In this document: piece after piece, positions 37,701 through 47,287 of the stretch
Layout: the number at the start of each line of letters is the position of its first letter
Numbering within the stretch: position 1 is the first letter of the stretch
NCBI GenBank assembly: GCA_048886685.1
Contig: JBHLKM010000009.1
Span: forward strand, 96,001 to 160,000
Direction of reading: 5' to 3'
DNA: 64,000 nt
From: Candidatus Hodarchaeota archaeon
GTDB taxonomy: Archaea > Asgardarchaeota > Lokiarchaeia > Sigyniarchaeales > SOKP01
Notes under the pieces: generated by a model
What the model saw: the letters and a program-made list of their open reading frames with translations, nothing else
What the model was told of the DNA's origin: nothing
The model's database searches: none
Program-made: the position numbers and the translations under genes

Positions 37701-40700
37701 TTGATAATCCTGAGTTAATGTTAAGAATTAATGTATTAATATCCTTGTATTTCAGATTTTCCTTCGAGGGGAGCAATTTAAAAACTCGGGAAGGAACTAC
37801 TTTTGACACATAAATTTGGTCATCATTTTCATTTTCTGATTTTTCTTTTACCTCGCTGATATTTTTGACAGGTTCTAATTCCATATCAACTGATTGCGAT
37901 TTTTTATTGATGAACTGGATTACAAATTCAGTGATCTCATTAGGCGTACGGATGTCAGCTATGTTAATTTCAACATTATCTTCTAGTTTGTAATATTCAC
38001 GCAAGACTCCAAAGATTTCTGCTTGCTTTACTGTATCAATCCCCAAGTCTTCTTCCAAATCATAAGAATCATCGATATCAGTAAGGTCATAACCAGTTTT
38101 GTCAGCAATAATTTTTTTTACTAAATTTTTTACCTGATTTATATCATCAATTTCATTAGATTTTAATACAATACTTTGCTGTTTAATGCTAATATCTGTT
38201 TCCATATTCTGGTCATTTAAGAATTCTCGCATTTTAAGAATTATATTCTTAATACTGCCAAGTCCTACCAAATTTATTTCTGTGTCCTCTGAGATTTTCA
38301 AATCATTCCGAAGTTCTCCAAAAATCTCCGCTTGTTTGACAGTATCAATACCTAAATCCTCTTCTAAATCAAACTCAGGATCGATATCTTCAATATCGTA
38401 TCCTGTCTTTTTAGAAATGATTTCAATTAACTTATTTTCAAGTGATTTATTATCTAAACCCGAGGAACTATTACTAGAAACAATATCATGACCTAAAGAC
38501 TCATTGAGCATGTGAACGATATCATTTATAGTGCGATAGTCTGCTATATTGAATGAATCATCAATTTCAATTTTCCATTTTTCTCGGATTTCTCCGAAAA
38601 TCTCTGCTTGTTTGACAGTATCAATTCCAAGATCTTCCTCCAAATCATAGGTTTCTTCAATGTCTTCTGGATTATAACCGGTCTTTAAAGCGATGATTTT
38701 TTTGATCTCAACTATCATATCGATTTTACCAACCGAAATTGATTGCTGAGGGATTTCTGTTTCTTTTGGTGATTGAATTGTAGTAATTATAGCAGAAATA
38801 CGTTCTGTATTCATCTTTAAGACTCTACCATCCATGAATACTTGTGTCCCGCTCCCACCTACATTTTGAAGCCATTGTTCATAGTTTGGTTTGGTAAAAC
38901 GATTATCATATGATACTAAACGGAATAAGACAATGGCTAATTGTGAACCGAATCCAGCGGCAAAACGTAAAGCATATTTCTTTCGTTCTCTTACTCCTTT
39001 TGAAAAGTTGAAATTTGAATAGTTTGAATCTATCTTATTAAAATTCGCTATCGGGGGAATTTTTCCTTTCTCCATTGATTTAATTGCCACAGCTTCTTCA
39101 ATACCTGCACCCATCGCATGACCAGTATATCCCTTCGTATTAATTATAATCATATCATAAGCATTTTTACCAAATGTATTTTCTAATGCTCTTAATTCTG
39201 ATTCCGCACTTCCACCTCGAGCAGGGGAATAAGTTTCATGACTTACAAACATCCCTTCATTAGCCAATTCTCTTTTACTAATACCATGTACTTTTTCCAT
39301 CTTTAAAATAAAATCGTTAAGTCTTTGGGAAATATCATCCTTATCTAATCGTGTACCATGATAAGCGCTATTCCCAAAATAAGAACCAAGAATTTCTACA
39401 ATTGGTTTTACTCCTCGAGCTTCAGCTTCGGAATTTTGTTCAATAACAAATGCACTTGCTCCTGCACCTAATACAATTCCATTCCTTCCTTCTCCAAAGG
39501 GAAGTACTGCTTCCTCCCATCGAGATTTTGTTGTAGCGGCTCCACTTGCAATAAATCCTGCACCAATCCATTGAAAAAGGTTCTTACTTGTTACATTATC
39601 GGCAGTGATTACAACAACTCGTTTACATCTCCCAGTTCGAATCCAGTCTTCTGCAATACCTATTGCTTGAGGTGCAGAAGCACAAGCTGCATTAATAGAT
39701 GTATTTGGTCCTTTAGCTTTTATTAATTGAGCAAATTGAGAATGTCCCATAGATAAAACTCTAAATAAAAATGAGCGATTAAAATTTTCTACACTTTCCT
39801 CACTAGAATTTAATTGATTGAATTTAAAATTAGAGCACTGTTGAGAATCTTCTGCAAAATTATCGTATCCTGGAAATGCAGATGCAAAAATGATACCTGT
39901 ATCATCTTGTAATGATTCTGGTAAAGCCCAGTCACCAGATAATGTCTTACCCGTAGAGGTTTTAATAGTGCTACGAACTAATGGAATTCCCGCGTCTTTA
40001 AGTGCATCATATCCTGCACAAATTGCTAGTTGGAATGTAGTATCTAAAGCATTTAGGATTTTAGGATTAAGTTGATAATCCTCTGTCGGGTTAAAATCCC
40101 CCATCTGTCCTGCCAAGTGAATTACTTTAGAAATATCATCTATAGGCACAAATTTAGCATTACCATTAGGGGATTTTTCCAAACGAATTATATTTTTTTG
40201 ATATAATTGTTCTTGAAATTCACTACTTACCGATTCGATTAGATTAACTCCATCTAAAATATCATCGATATTTTTATCATCAAAAATTTTACGATTTTTG
40301 CCAGGAAGTCCAATACCTACACCAGTGATTACGACAGGTGTAGAATTAAGCAGTGATCCTTTCTTATCATATTTATTTTCAATTGAAATATGATATTTCT
40401 TAAGATAATTATGAAATCCTTGAATCATAACCGAAGACAAAAGTTCTTTTTGTTCTTCTAGAAATTCATTAAAAAATGGAAGTTGCTTTAATTTAGATAA
40501 GTCTTCATTCGAAATTAAAGAATTTTGATTTTTTTCAAGTGTAGGGGATTTTTTCGATATTTTTGGTTTTTGATCTGGAATAGCTGGTGGTTGAGTTTTG
40601 ATTTCATCAATGGGGCTAGCTGATTTTATACTACTGAACTTCTCAAAAATCTTTTGAATATGCTCTTCTTCAGAAGATTTTGGTGAAAGTGTAAAATCAA

Positions 40701-43700
40701 CCTCAATATCTTTATATTTTTTTAATATATCTTTTGTAAAAAAGAAGAGAGCCTTTTTTGGTCCGATTTCTATAAATTTTCGGCCCCCATTTTGATAAAT
40801 ATTCAAAATCTCATCAACCCATCTAACAGGGGATGTAATTTGCTTAAGAAGGATTGATTTTATTTTGTCAGGATTATCAGGATATATTTTGCCTGTTACA
40901 TTACTAAATACAGGTATTCTAGGAGATTTAAATTCTATTGTTTTCAAAAAGCTTTCCAATTTTTCTTCAGCGTGAGTGACAAATTTAGAATGAAATGCAT
41001 TTGACACGTTTAATTTTAGAGCTCGAATTTCTTTTTCTGAAAATACTTTCACTACAGATTCAACTGCCGATAACTCTCCTGATATGACCGTTTGAGATGT
41101 AGAGTTATAATTTGATATTGAAACATCATCAATTGATAGCTCATCTAAAGTTTTCTCAACAACTTCCGGTGATATAAATATCGCCGCCATAGAACATTGA
41201 ACACCAAGAGGTAACTTTGACATTGCTTCTCCCCTTTTGATTACAATTTTTAACCCATCTTCAAAACTCAATACTCCTGCTGTAGTTAAAGCCACGAATT
41301 CCCCTAAGCTATGACCTCCAACAATTCCCGGAGTTAAATCTTTAGTTTTAAAAAGTTGCAATAGAGCCATTTCAACTGAATAAATAGCCGGTTGAGTGAA
41401 CTCCGTTTGTTGTAATCTATTGGAATTTTCTTCTTGTGATAAATTTGGAGATCCAAAAATTACTTCTAGTAGGTCAAAACCACCAAAATCTTTACATATA
41501 TCGTTTGCTTTATCAAGTGTATCTTTGACGACTTGGAACTTTTCGTATAATTCCCTTGACATCCCTACATATTGACTTCCTTGACCACTAAAAAGAAAAC
41601 ATAAATCGGTTGAATACGGAGTACTCAAATGATCAAGTTGAGGTTCAAAATGATCATACATATGTTCTTCACATAGAGGATACGATCTAGCTTTTTCTAT
41701 CGATGATATCTCGTAGGATTGAGGTAAGAATTCTTCGAGGATTACATGATAATTTGCCCCTCCAAATCCGAATGATGAAACACCGGCTCTTCTTATTCCT
41801 GTTTTGGGAGTTAACCACTCAATTGGTTCCGTATTAACATAATAAGGAGCCGTATCCCAATTTATTGTGGGATTAAGAGTTGAAATGTTAATAGATGGAG
41901 GAATAATTTTATTATGTAATGCTAATACTGTTTTAATAATACCAGCTATACCTGCAGCACTTTTGAGGTGTCCAATTTGACTTTTTATTGACCCAATTGC
42001 TAGTTTTTGCTTTTCATTTCTTTCAGAAAACACATCGTCTAGCACATTTAATTCAGTAGCATCTCCAACGACTGTAGATGTTCCATGGCATTCAAGATAT
42101 TGAATGTCTGATGGGCTTATATTACTATTCTTTAAAGCCCGTAATATGGCTAATTTTTGTCCATCTGGATTGGGTGCAGTAATGCCCTTACCTTTTCCAT
42201 CTGAAGAACCCCCATACCCCATAATAATCGCATAAATTTTGTTCTCATCACGTAATGCATCTTCAAGGCGTTTTAAAACTAAAAATCCAGCTCCTTCTCC
42301 CATAACAAACCCGTTAGCACGAGCATCAAAGGGATATGAGCCATCTTCAGACAAAGCACCAATTTTACAGAATTTAATGTATGTTTGAGGATCCATTGAA
42401 CTATCGACCCCCCCTACAAGGACTGTATCATAATCCTTAACTAGTAACCCATTAACAGCTGTATCAATTGCGGCTAAACTAGAAGCACAAGCAGCATCAA
42501 TTGTCATGCTTTTACCAGTTAAATTAAACACGTTTGCGACTCTACCAGCAATTATGTTTGACAATTCACCTGGCATAGTATCTTCGTTAATCACTGGAAT
42601 TTGATTAATTATTTTATCTTCAAGGAAATTTAGAAGATTATTTTTTTCTTCTTTCTTCAGAATCATCAGAGAGCTTGCTTCATTGATTCTATATTTGATT
42701 TCATTAAAAAGTATACGTTTATTGCTGAGACGTTGTTTATCTCCCCCTAAGGAGTTTCCAACGATAATTGCAATGGGCAAACGTTTTTTCCCGTCAAAAG
42801 GATACCCCGCATCAAGAAGTGCTTCTTTTGCTGTAATAATAGCCCATATCTGAACTAAGTCCATCCTTTCTGCCATTTTTGGAGGAATTCGATATTTAAT
42901 AGATTTAAATTCAAATTTTTTCACAAATCCACCAATTTTTGTATATGATTTATCGGGGGATGAATGATCTTTATCATAAAAGATTTCAGGTTCCCATCTG
43001 TCTATGGGAACTTCTGTAATCGAATAATTTTTATTCACAATATTTTTCCAGAATTGTGGAATGTCCTCAGCATCTGGAAAGAGACCTCCTAAGCCAATGA
43101 TGGCTATTTTATTTACTATGGACAACTTTTTTTGTGATTTTTTATCCTTTTCCATTATTACTTGACCTAAAGAATCTTTTATTGTTTGATTCGATATTTT
43201 TTTGATAAATTTGTAACCCCCTTCAATTATATCATAATGTATTTGGGGGATTGTTCTAATTGTATTTTGTAAGGAAATAGAATCACCTGTCATAAATGCA
43301 CCTTTAACTACTTGGTCTTTTACTGAGATCGAAGTAAATTGGGACTTCTCGCTCCCTTCTATATGATTATCATTCCAAATCTCAGCTCTGGAAGCTATTC
43401 TTAGTGCACCTAAATTGTCTTTCTCATACAATTCTTTTCTTTGCGAAATAGAAATACCTTGCGCTTTTCGCAAAAATTCTTGCTTAATAGTGTGATGGGA
43501 AAATTCGGTAGAGATTACCCTTGCTCGAGTATTTACAGTTGTGCCAATCACTTTTGTAGATGAATTATTAAGTAATAATTCTTGATAAACTGGGGATAAA
43601 GCTCTAGTTGTCACAATTTCTTCGCTTAAGAGGTAAGCAGTTCCCATTTGAATACCAGGATTTATAATATCTAAATGATTTCCAATCATACCTCCCAACA

Positions 43701-45288
43701 TAGCTGAACTTACTTCATCAATAATCCCACCAGCAAAAATAACATTTAATTTCTCGGTGAATATATCTTTTTCCTTATCCAAATATTCTAAAATACACTC
43801 CCAAAGAATGAAAGATGATAATGTTCCAAAATGACCTCCACACTCACTACCTTCTAATATCATATAATCGAGGTTACTTTTTATGGCTTTTTTAAACATA
43901 GAAAGCACAGGTGTGTGTATTAAGACCTTATTGCCTAAATTCTTAACTTGAACACCAAGATCAATAGTACCAGCGGCAATTAAGGTGATTTCGGGACCAT
44001 ACTTTTTAATACATCTAAGATGTTCATCCCTACGAGTCTTTACAGCTTCTAAACCTATAATACCACAACCGTATGGCTTCTTTGATAAATCTTTCACACT
44101 AATGTTTGATAAGAGTTCAACTGTTTCAGTTGATAATAATCCACCTAAAGCTAATATTGGAAGGGCACCATTATCTGCTACTTTTCTAGCAAATTCTAAT
44201 TTATCAGAGATATTCGCCATTGGCCCTTGAATAATGGGATATGTAATGTTTAGTTGTTTCGCAAATTCAGAATTTTTGGCAAAAGGCCAATGTTCTATAC
44301 TATTTTGAATCTGATTAGAGATTATTTTAACTAAATCATTTAGAAATTTTTTTAAATCGCCGAACTTGGCTAAAATATAGTTCGCAAAACAAATACCATG
44401 ATCACTTGGTAAAAAAGAATGGTTGGGCTCTGTATCAGAATATATATGACAATGATTTTGAAATTTGGTAATTCTATGAAGAAATTCATGTTTGAGAGTA
44501 AAATAATCATTGTTAAATTCTTCATTTAATTTTGAAAAATCTTTTTGCTCAACTTCCTTTATTGATCGAATTGATTTATTAGCCAATTTTCCAATCAAAC
44601 GATAATTATATCGTAAAGTTTCATGTACAAGATAAAAATCATTCTCTTCAATTGTCTTAATATAATTTTTAAATTTTTGATTTAAAGGACATTCAGGTAG
44701 CAAGAATAACTGACTTTCTAATACGATTCCTAAAGTCCCACCAATAAATGCTGAACATATGTTATATACCCCAAAACCTCCCTGAATTATGAATGGAAGA
44801 CCTGCTTTTTGGAATTCTTGAATGAGTATAAAAGTATTTTTAGTTCCGACTAAACCACCTGCTTCATTCCCTTTAACAAGAAAAAAGTCTGCCCATTCCG
44901 CGGTTTCATAAGCTTCTTCTAAGTATAACACTTCGGAAAGAATTAATTTTGAATTTTTCTGCATTATAAGAATTTCCTTATAATTTGGAGAGAATGCACA
45001 GATGATAATTGGAATTAGTTCTTGAAATTCGAGTGCATAAAGGACTTCTTGAGAAGAAATCCGGATACCCCATATGTGATCAGAAGATAAAGATGATTTT
45101 AATTTATTAAAAAGTATTTTACATTGATCAATATTAAGTCCTTCAAAATCTACTAAACCAATTCCCCCGGTCTGGCATATTTGAACTGAAAGTGAAGGAT
45201 CTGTTATACCTTTTGGTGAATAACCCCAAATAGGAATTCTGTTTTTTAAAATTTGCTGGATATTCTTTTTCTTTTTCATAAAAATCAA
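34717..45288 (-). CDS. Single-chain iterative type I PKS/fatty acid synthase (Pfa-like): ER-like, ER, KS, AT, KS, ACP, ACP, ACP, KR, DH, PPTase
   Basis: FabK/PfaD-like barrel (PIIQGPM, EGSECGGH, FAGGI, QMGTAYL); KS1 (DAACASS, HGTST, IGHLK); AT (FSGQGSQ, GHSLGE, NAFHS); KS2 (NAACASA, HETYS, TGHAMG); 3x DLGIDTVKQAE; KR (VTGGAQGIT, GQIDYAFAN); DH (LLDHQIQKKPVFPG); Sfp-type PPTase (GKP, SISHS, VGIDLE, WTAKEAFSK). Confidence 0.93.
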   Translation of the reverse strand: MIFMKKKKNIQQILKNRIPIWGYSPKGITDPSLSVQICQTGGIGLVDFEGLNIDQCKILFNKLKSSLSSDHIWGIRISSQEVLYALEFQELIPIIICAFSPNYKEILIMQKNSKLILSEVLYLEEAYETAEWADFFLVKGNEAGGLVGTKNTFILIQEFQKAGLPFIIQGGFGVYNICSAFIGGTLGIVLESQLFLLPECPLNQKFKNYIKTIEENDFYLVHETLRYNYRLIGKLANKSIRSIKEVEQKDFSKLNEEFNNDYFTLKHEFLHRITKFQNHCHIYSDTEPNHSFLPSDHGICFANYILAKFGDLKKFLNDLVKIISNQIQNSIEHWPFAKNSEFAKQLNITYPIIQGPMANISDKLEFARKVADNGALPILALGGLLSTETVELLSNISVKDLSKKPYGCGIIGLEAVKTRRDEHLRCIKKYGPEITLIAAGTIDLGVQVKNLGNKVLIHTPVLSMFKKAIKSNLDYMILEGSECGGHFGTLSSFILWECILEYLDKEKDIFTEKLNVIFAGGIIDEVSSAMLGGMIGNHLDIINPGIQMGTAYLLSEEIVTTRALSPVYQELLLNNSSTKVIGTTVNTRARVISTEFSHHTIKQEFLRKAQGISISQRKELYEKDNLGALRIASRAEIWNDNHIEGSEKSQFTSISVKDQVVKGAFMTGDSISLQNTIRTIPQIHYDIIEGGYKFIKKISNQTIKDSLGQVIMEKDKKSQKKLSIVNKIAIIGLGGLFPDAEDIPQFWKNIVNKNYSITEVPIDRWEPEIFYDKDHSSPDKSYTKIGGFVKKFEFKSIKYRIPPKMAERMDLVQIWAIITAKEALLDAGYPFDGKKRLPIAIIVGNSLGGDKQRLSNKRILFNEIKYRINEASSLMILKKEEKNNLLNFLEDKIINQIPVINEDTMPGELSNIIAGRVANVFNLTGKSMTIDAACASSLAAIDTAVNGLLVKDYDTVLVGGVDSSMDPQTYIKFCKIGALSEDGSYPFDARANGFVMGEGAGFLVLKRLEDALRDENKIYAIIMGYGGSSDGKGKGITAPNPDGQKLAILRALKNSNISPSDIQYLECHGTSTVVGDATELNVLDDVFSERNEKQKLAIGSIKSQIGHLKSAAGIAGIIKTVLALHNKIIPPSINISTLNPTINWDTAPYYVNTEPIEWLTPKTGIRRAGVSSFGFGGANYHVILEEFLPQSYEISSIEKARSYPLCEEHMYDHFEPQLDHLSTPYSTDLCFLFSGQGSQYVGMSRELYEKFQVVKDTLDKANDICKDFGGFDLLEVIFGSPNLSQEENSNRLQQTEFTQPAIYSVEMALLQLFKTKDLTPGIVGGHSLGEFVALTTAGVLSFEDGLKIVIKRGEAMSKLPLGVQCSMAAIFISPEVVEKTLDELSIDDVSISNYNSTSQTVISGELSAVESVVKVFSEKEIRALKLNVSNAFHSKFVTHAEEKLESFLKTIEFKSPRIPVFSNVTGKIYPDNPDKIKSILLKQITSPVRWVDEILNIYQNGGRKFIEIGPKKALFFFTKDILKKYKDIEVDFTLSPKSSEEEHIQKIFEKFSSIKSASPIDEIKTQPPAIPDQKPKISKKSPTLEKNQNSLISNEDLSKLKQLPFFNEFLEEQKELLSSVMIQGFHNYLKKYHISIENKYDKKGSLLNSTPVVITGVGIGLPGKNRKIFDDKNIDDILDGVNLIESVSSEFQEQLYQKNIIRLEKSPNGNAKFVPIDDISKVIHLAGQMGDFNPTEDYQLNPKILNALDTTFQLAICAGYDALKDAGIPLVRSTIKTSTGKTLSGDWALPESLQDDTGIIFASAFPGYDNFAEDSQQCSNFKFNQLNSSEESVENFNRSFLFRVLSMGHSQFAQLIKAKGPNTSINAACASAPQAIGIAEDWIRTGRCKRVVVITADNVTSKNLFQWIGAGFIASGAATTKSRWEEAVLPFGEGRNGIVLGAGASAFVIEQNSEAEARGVKPIVEILGSYFGNSAYHGTRLDKDDISQRLNDFILKMEKVHGISKRELANEGMFVSHETYSPARGGSAESELRALENTFGKNAYDMIIINTKGYTGHAMGAGIEEAVAIKSMEKGKIPPIANFNKIDSNYSNFNFSKGVRERKKYALRFAAGFGSQLAIVLFRLVSYDNRFTKPNYEQWLQNVGGSGTQVFMDGRVLKMNTERISAIITTIQSPKETEIPQQSISVGKIDMIVEIKKIIALKTGYNPEDIEETYDLEEDLGIDTVKQAEIFGEIREKWKIEIDDSFNIADYRTINDIVHMLNESLGHDIVSSNSSSGLDNKSLENKLIEIISKKTGYDIEDIDPEFDLEEDLGIDTVKQAEIFGELRNDLKISEDTEINLVGLGSIKNIILKMREFLNDQNMETDISIKQQSIVLKSNEIDDINQVKNLVKKIIADKTGYDLTDIDDSYDLEEDLGIDTVKQAEIFGVLREYYKLEDNVEINIADIRTPNEITEFVIQFINKKSQSVDMELEPVKNISEVKEKSENENDDQIYVSKVVPSRVFKLLPSKENLKYKDINTLILNINSGLSNYKNLSKDFENFGLNVQIFNVDVNENLVKDLNNNNSEFPFDIDFKILILVIPDNSQYTINDSLNIFDSLFLIFQSLNLSILEKILVISPDTTFGWKQGANPLASSIGAFIKTINREFQIPIKLISSMNLGQITQEFLSWDKLEEIAYRENVRYTLLRKKVEKLPKLNYSSITEEDVLLVTGGAQGITFACIDELTNHTKPQLILLGLSPYDDSFLEYLQYTPDMLSEKKEELVKSLKSTLEKVTPVMINREWKKFLDKLDTLRNIENLKKKGLSVQYYAVDVTNDEKMKNIFQTINEETKNQITVVIHGAGIEESKSFLKKNLNMAHKIVDVKVGGFSKILKYIKIQDVKYFVTFSSIAGRYGNQGQIDYAFANAYLSRMAWEFNQRNIPFLTFDWTAWADIGMATQGSTLQILTQAGVSPVPSITGIKIFTNLVLNNFTGEYIIAGKLGIFEEMLDIEEVIDKKEYPMLEKINYQSEYIIGFNTINSEFDTYLLDHQIQKKPVFPGVMALETFAEFYHRVFDKVLTSISNINFHTPLKISVGKSVEVELTFNKSNNKISLQSKTFPTVLKGKPLIKNHFDAQFDDLVKEMRWEKDLILNPLIPLLDKTEIYELFFHGKKFQVLEEVIQLEKGKIVTKIDLPTVPIINNEEEDHFQFEPLSMECVFQTAALFDYIINNHLSLPSKASSIQIKSNQRPKYIVAKFLKKDEERSYYNSVILDEDQEIIAKIENLEIIHAQITVNLSNNLSDYLTTLKEYYHLKNNKIKNEIQVLPIAKLKDLYQINPKFFETYLTETEIENSKRFRNIKRKIEYFSGIIAAKECYRRIIAVDGSYHDFEIQKDEKGKPYYYSNKENKIIPLNLSISHSNDFSVAMISKNLVGIDLEIIESRSPSFYKEVFTESERKTILDDAYLGTIYWTAKEAFSKAIGEGFNINFRDIELKYNKKYNKFTLKSKNDLLDINRNLKDLQLRVEFSEKYVLSYCEIKPFKNKPIIQ
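37915..38720 (-). repeat. Three tandem ACP domains within the megasynthase
   Basis: KTGY.......DLEEDLGIDTVKQAEIFG repeated three times; boundaries approximate. Confidence 0.9.
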
Positions 45289-45300
45289 CCAGTTTTATAG

Positions 45301-46872
45301 TTATACCGGGGAGATCCCATGTTTTCTTCTAGGAGTCTGTTCACGTTTAGTTTCAAAAAAGTTCAGATATTTAATGATCTCGCTGCGAGTTTCATGTGGA
45401 AAGATTACTTTATCTATATGTCCTTTTTCAGCGACTTGATAAGGATTTGAAAATTCTTTTTTATAGCATTCAGTGAAATCCTTTAATATAGCATCGGGAT
45501 CTTCTACATCCTTTAAATGATTTCGAAACAGAATCTTACATGCACCTTCAGCACCCATCACGGCAATTTGGGCCGAATTCCATGCGATATTAACATCTGC
45601 TCCCAATTCTTTTGAATTCATGACAATATAAGCACCGCCATAAGCTTTACGAATAATAACAGTAATTTTTACGATTGTAGCTTCTGAATATGCATATAAC
45701 ATTTTAGCACCATGCCTGATAATTCCAGAGTGTTCTTGTTTAACGCCAGGCATAAATCCCGGAACGTCTACTAGGGTCAAAAGAGGTATATTAAAAGCAT
45801 CACAGAATCTAATAAATCTTGTCGCTTTATCCGATGCATTGTAATCTAGAGCTCCACTAAGGAACATAGGTTGATTCGCAATTATACCCACAGTCTGATT
45901 TTCTATTTTCCCGAACCCAATTATTATATTTTTTGCCCAATCTGGAAAAAGTTCTAAAAATGAATCTTGATCCACTATTACATTAATTACACTTTTCATG
46001 TTATATGGTTCATCTTCATTTTTTGGTACTATTTGTTCTAATAAATAGGGATCTTCACCATAAATTTGCTTTAAAGAGTGAGGAATATCATCTAAATTAT
46101 TTGACGGGATATATGATAATAGTTTCTTGGTGAATTCTAATGCTTCTTCTTCAGTATCTAAGGCTTTATGACATACCCCTGAAATAGTCGAATGAACTTC
46201 TGAACCTCCTAATTCTGAAAAAGAGGTATTTTCTCCTGTTACTGCATTTACTACTTGAGGTCCTGTTATAAACATATAAGCGTTCTTTCCACCCATAATA
46301 ATAAAATCTGTTAATGCTGGACTATAAACTGCCCCTCCAGCAGAAGTGCCTAAGATAACAGAAATTTGAGGGATAATTCCTGAAGCTCGAACATTTCGAT
46401 AAAAAATATCCCCTAACCCGTCAAGGGCATCAACTCCTTCTTGAATACGAGCACCTCCCGAATCTATTAATCCAATTAAAGGACAACCCATTTTTAAGGC
46501 TAAATCCATGATTTTACAAATTTTCTGAGCATGAGCTTTCCCTATAGTCCCTCCCAATACTGTAAAATCTTGACTATAAATGAATACTCTTCGACCCTCT
46601 ATTGTACCATAACCAGTTATTACCCCATCTCCAAGAAATTTCTTTTTTTCCATACCAAATTTATTACACTGATGCTTAACAAATGAATCAATTTCTACAA
46701 AGGTTCCGAAATCTACCAGAAATTCGAGTCTTTCCCTAGCAGTTAATTTACCCTTTTTATGTTGAATATCAATATGATCTTGTCCACCCCCTAATTTGGA
46801 CTCATTTCGTAACTCTTGTAGCTTCTCTGTCAATTCAAAGTTATCTTCTGATTTACCATCCTTTAAAATCAT
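45301..46872 (-). CDS. Acyl-CoA carboxylase carboxyltransferase subunit (PccB/AccD-type single chain)
   Basis: GKLTARER, QDFTVLGG, DSGGARIQEG, AGGAVYSPALTD, DVPGFMPG, RKAYGGAY. Confidence 0.95.
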   Translation of the reverse strand: MILKDGKSEDNFELTEKLQELRNESKLGGGQDHIDIQHKKGKLTARERLEFLVDFGTFVEIDSFVKHQCNKFGMEKKKFLGDGVITGYGTIEGRRVFIYSQDFTVLGGTIGKAHAQKICKIMDLALKMGCPLIGLIDSGGARIQEGVDALDGLGDIFYRNVRASGIIPQISVILGTSAGGAVYSPALTDFIIMGGKNAYMFITGPQVVNAVTGENTSFSELGGSEVHSTISGVCHKALDTEEEALEFTKKLLSYIPSNNLDDIPHSLKQIYGEDPYLLEQIVPKNEDEPYNMKSVINVIVDQDSFLELFPDWAKNIIIGFGKIENQTVGIIANQPMFLSGALDYNASDKATRFIRFCDAFNIPLLTLVDVPGFMPGVKQEHSGIIRHGAKMLYAYSEATIVKITVIIRKAYGGAYIVMNSKELGADVNIAWNSAQIAVMGAEGACKILFRNHLKDVEDPDAILKDFTECYKKEFSNPYQVAEKGHIDKVIFPHETRSEIIKYLNFFETKREQTPRRKHGISPV

Positions 46873-47287
46873 AATAATCCCATATTTATTTAAATAAACA
46901 AGTAATTATTTTTATCAAAAGTTAATTTATAAAATTATTACTTGAAGACACACTATTATTAGTATTACGGGTTTGACCATATATTATTAAAAATTCTTCT
47001 TTTTTTTAATAAACCTATAATCGAGATTTTTATGAGAAGATAATTAATAATTTATTGAATTAATAAACTAATTTCAGATTTTAATATAATTTAATTCAAT
47101 TTCTAAATTTGAACGTTTATAAATTTTCAATTAACTTATATAGTAAGACTTTTTTCGAGAATTATCCATTTTTTTATTTTTTGAATTAATTTAATAAAAA
47201 ATCAGACAATAAATTTGAAAACAATTTATATTAACCCGTGTATTTATTTTATTAATCTCTCTTTTAAGCAGCAGATTAGAATAAAAT

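Noticed and set aside
34717-45288. Direct ancestry of eukaryotic FAS
   Set aside because: Domain order, tandem ACPs and the Sfp-type PPTase fit Pfa-like bacterial synthases better; ancestry cannot be claimed without phylogeny.
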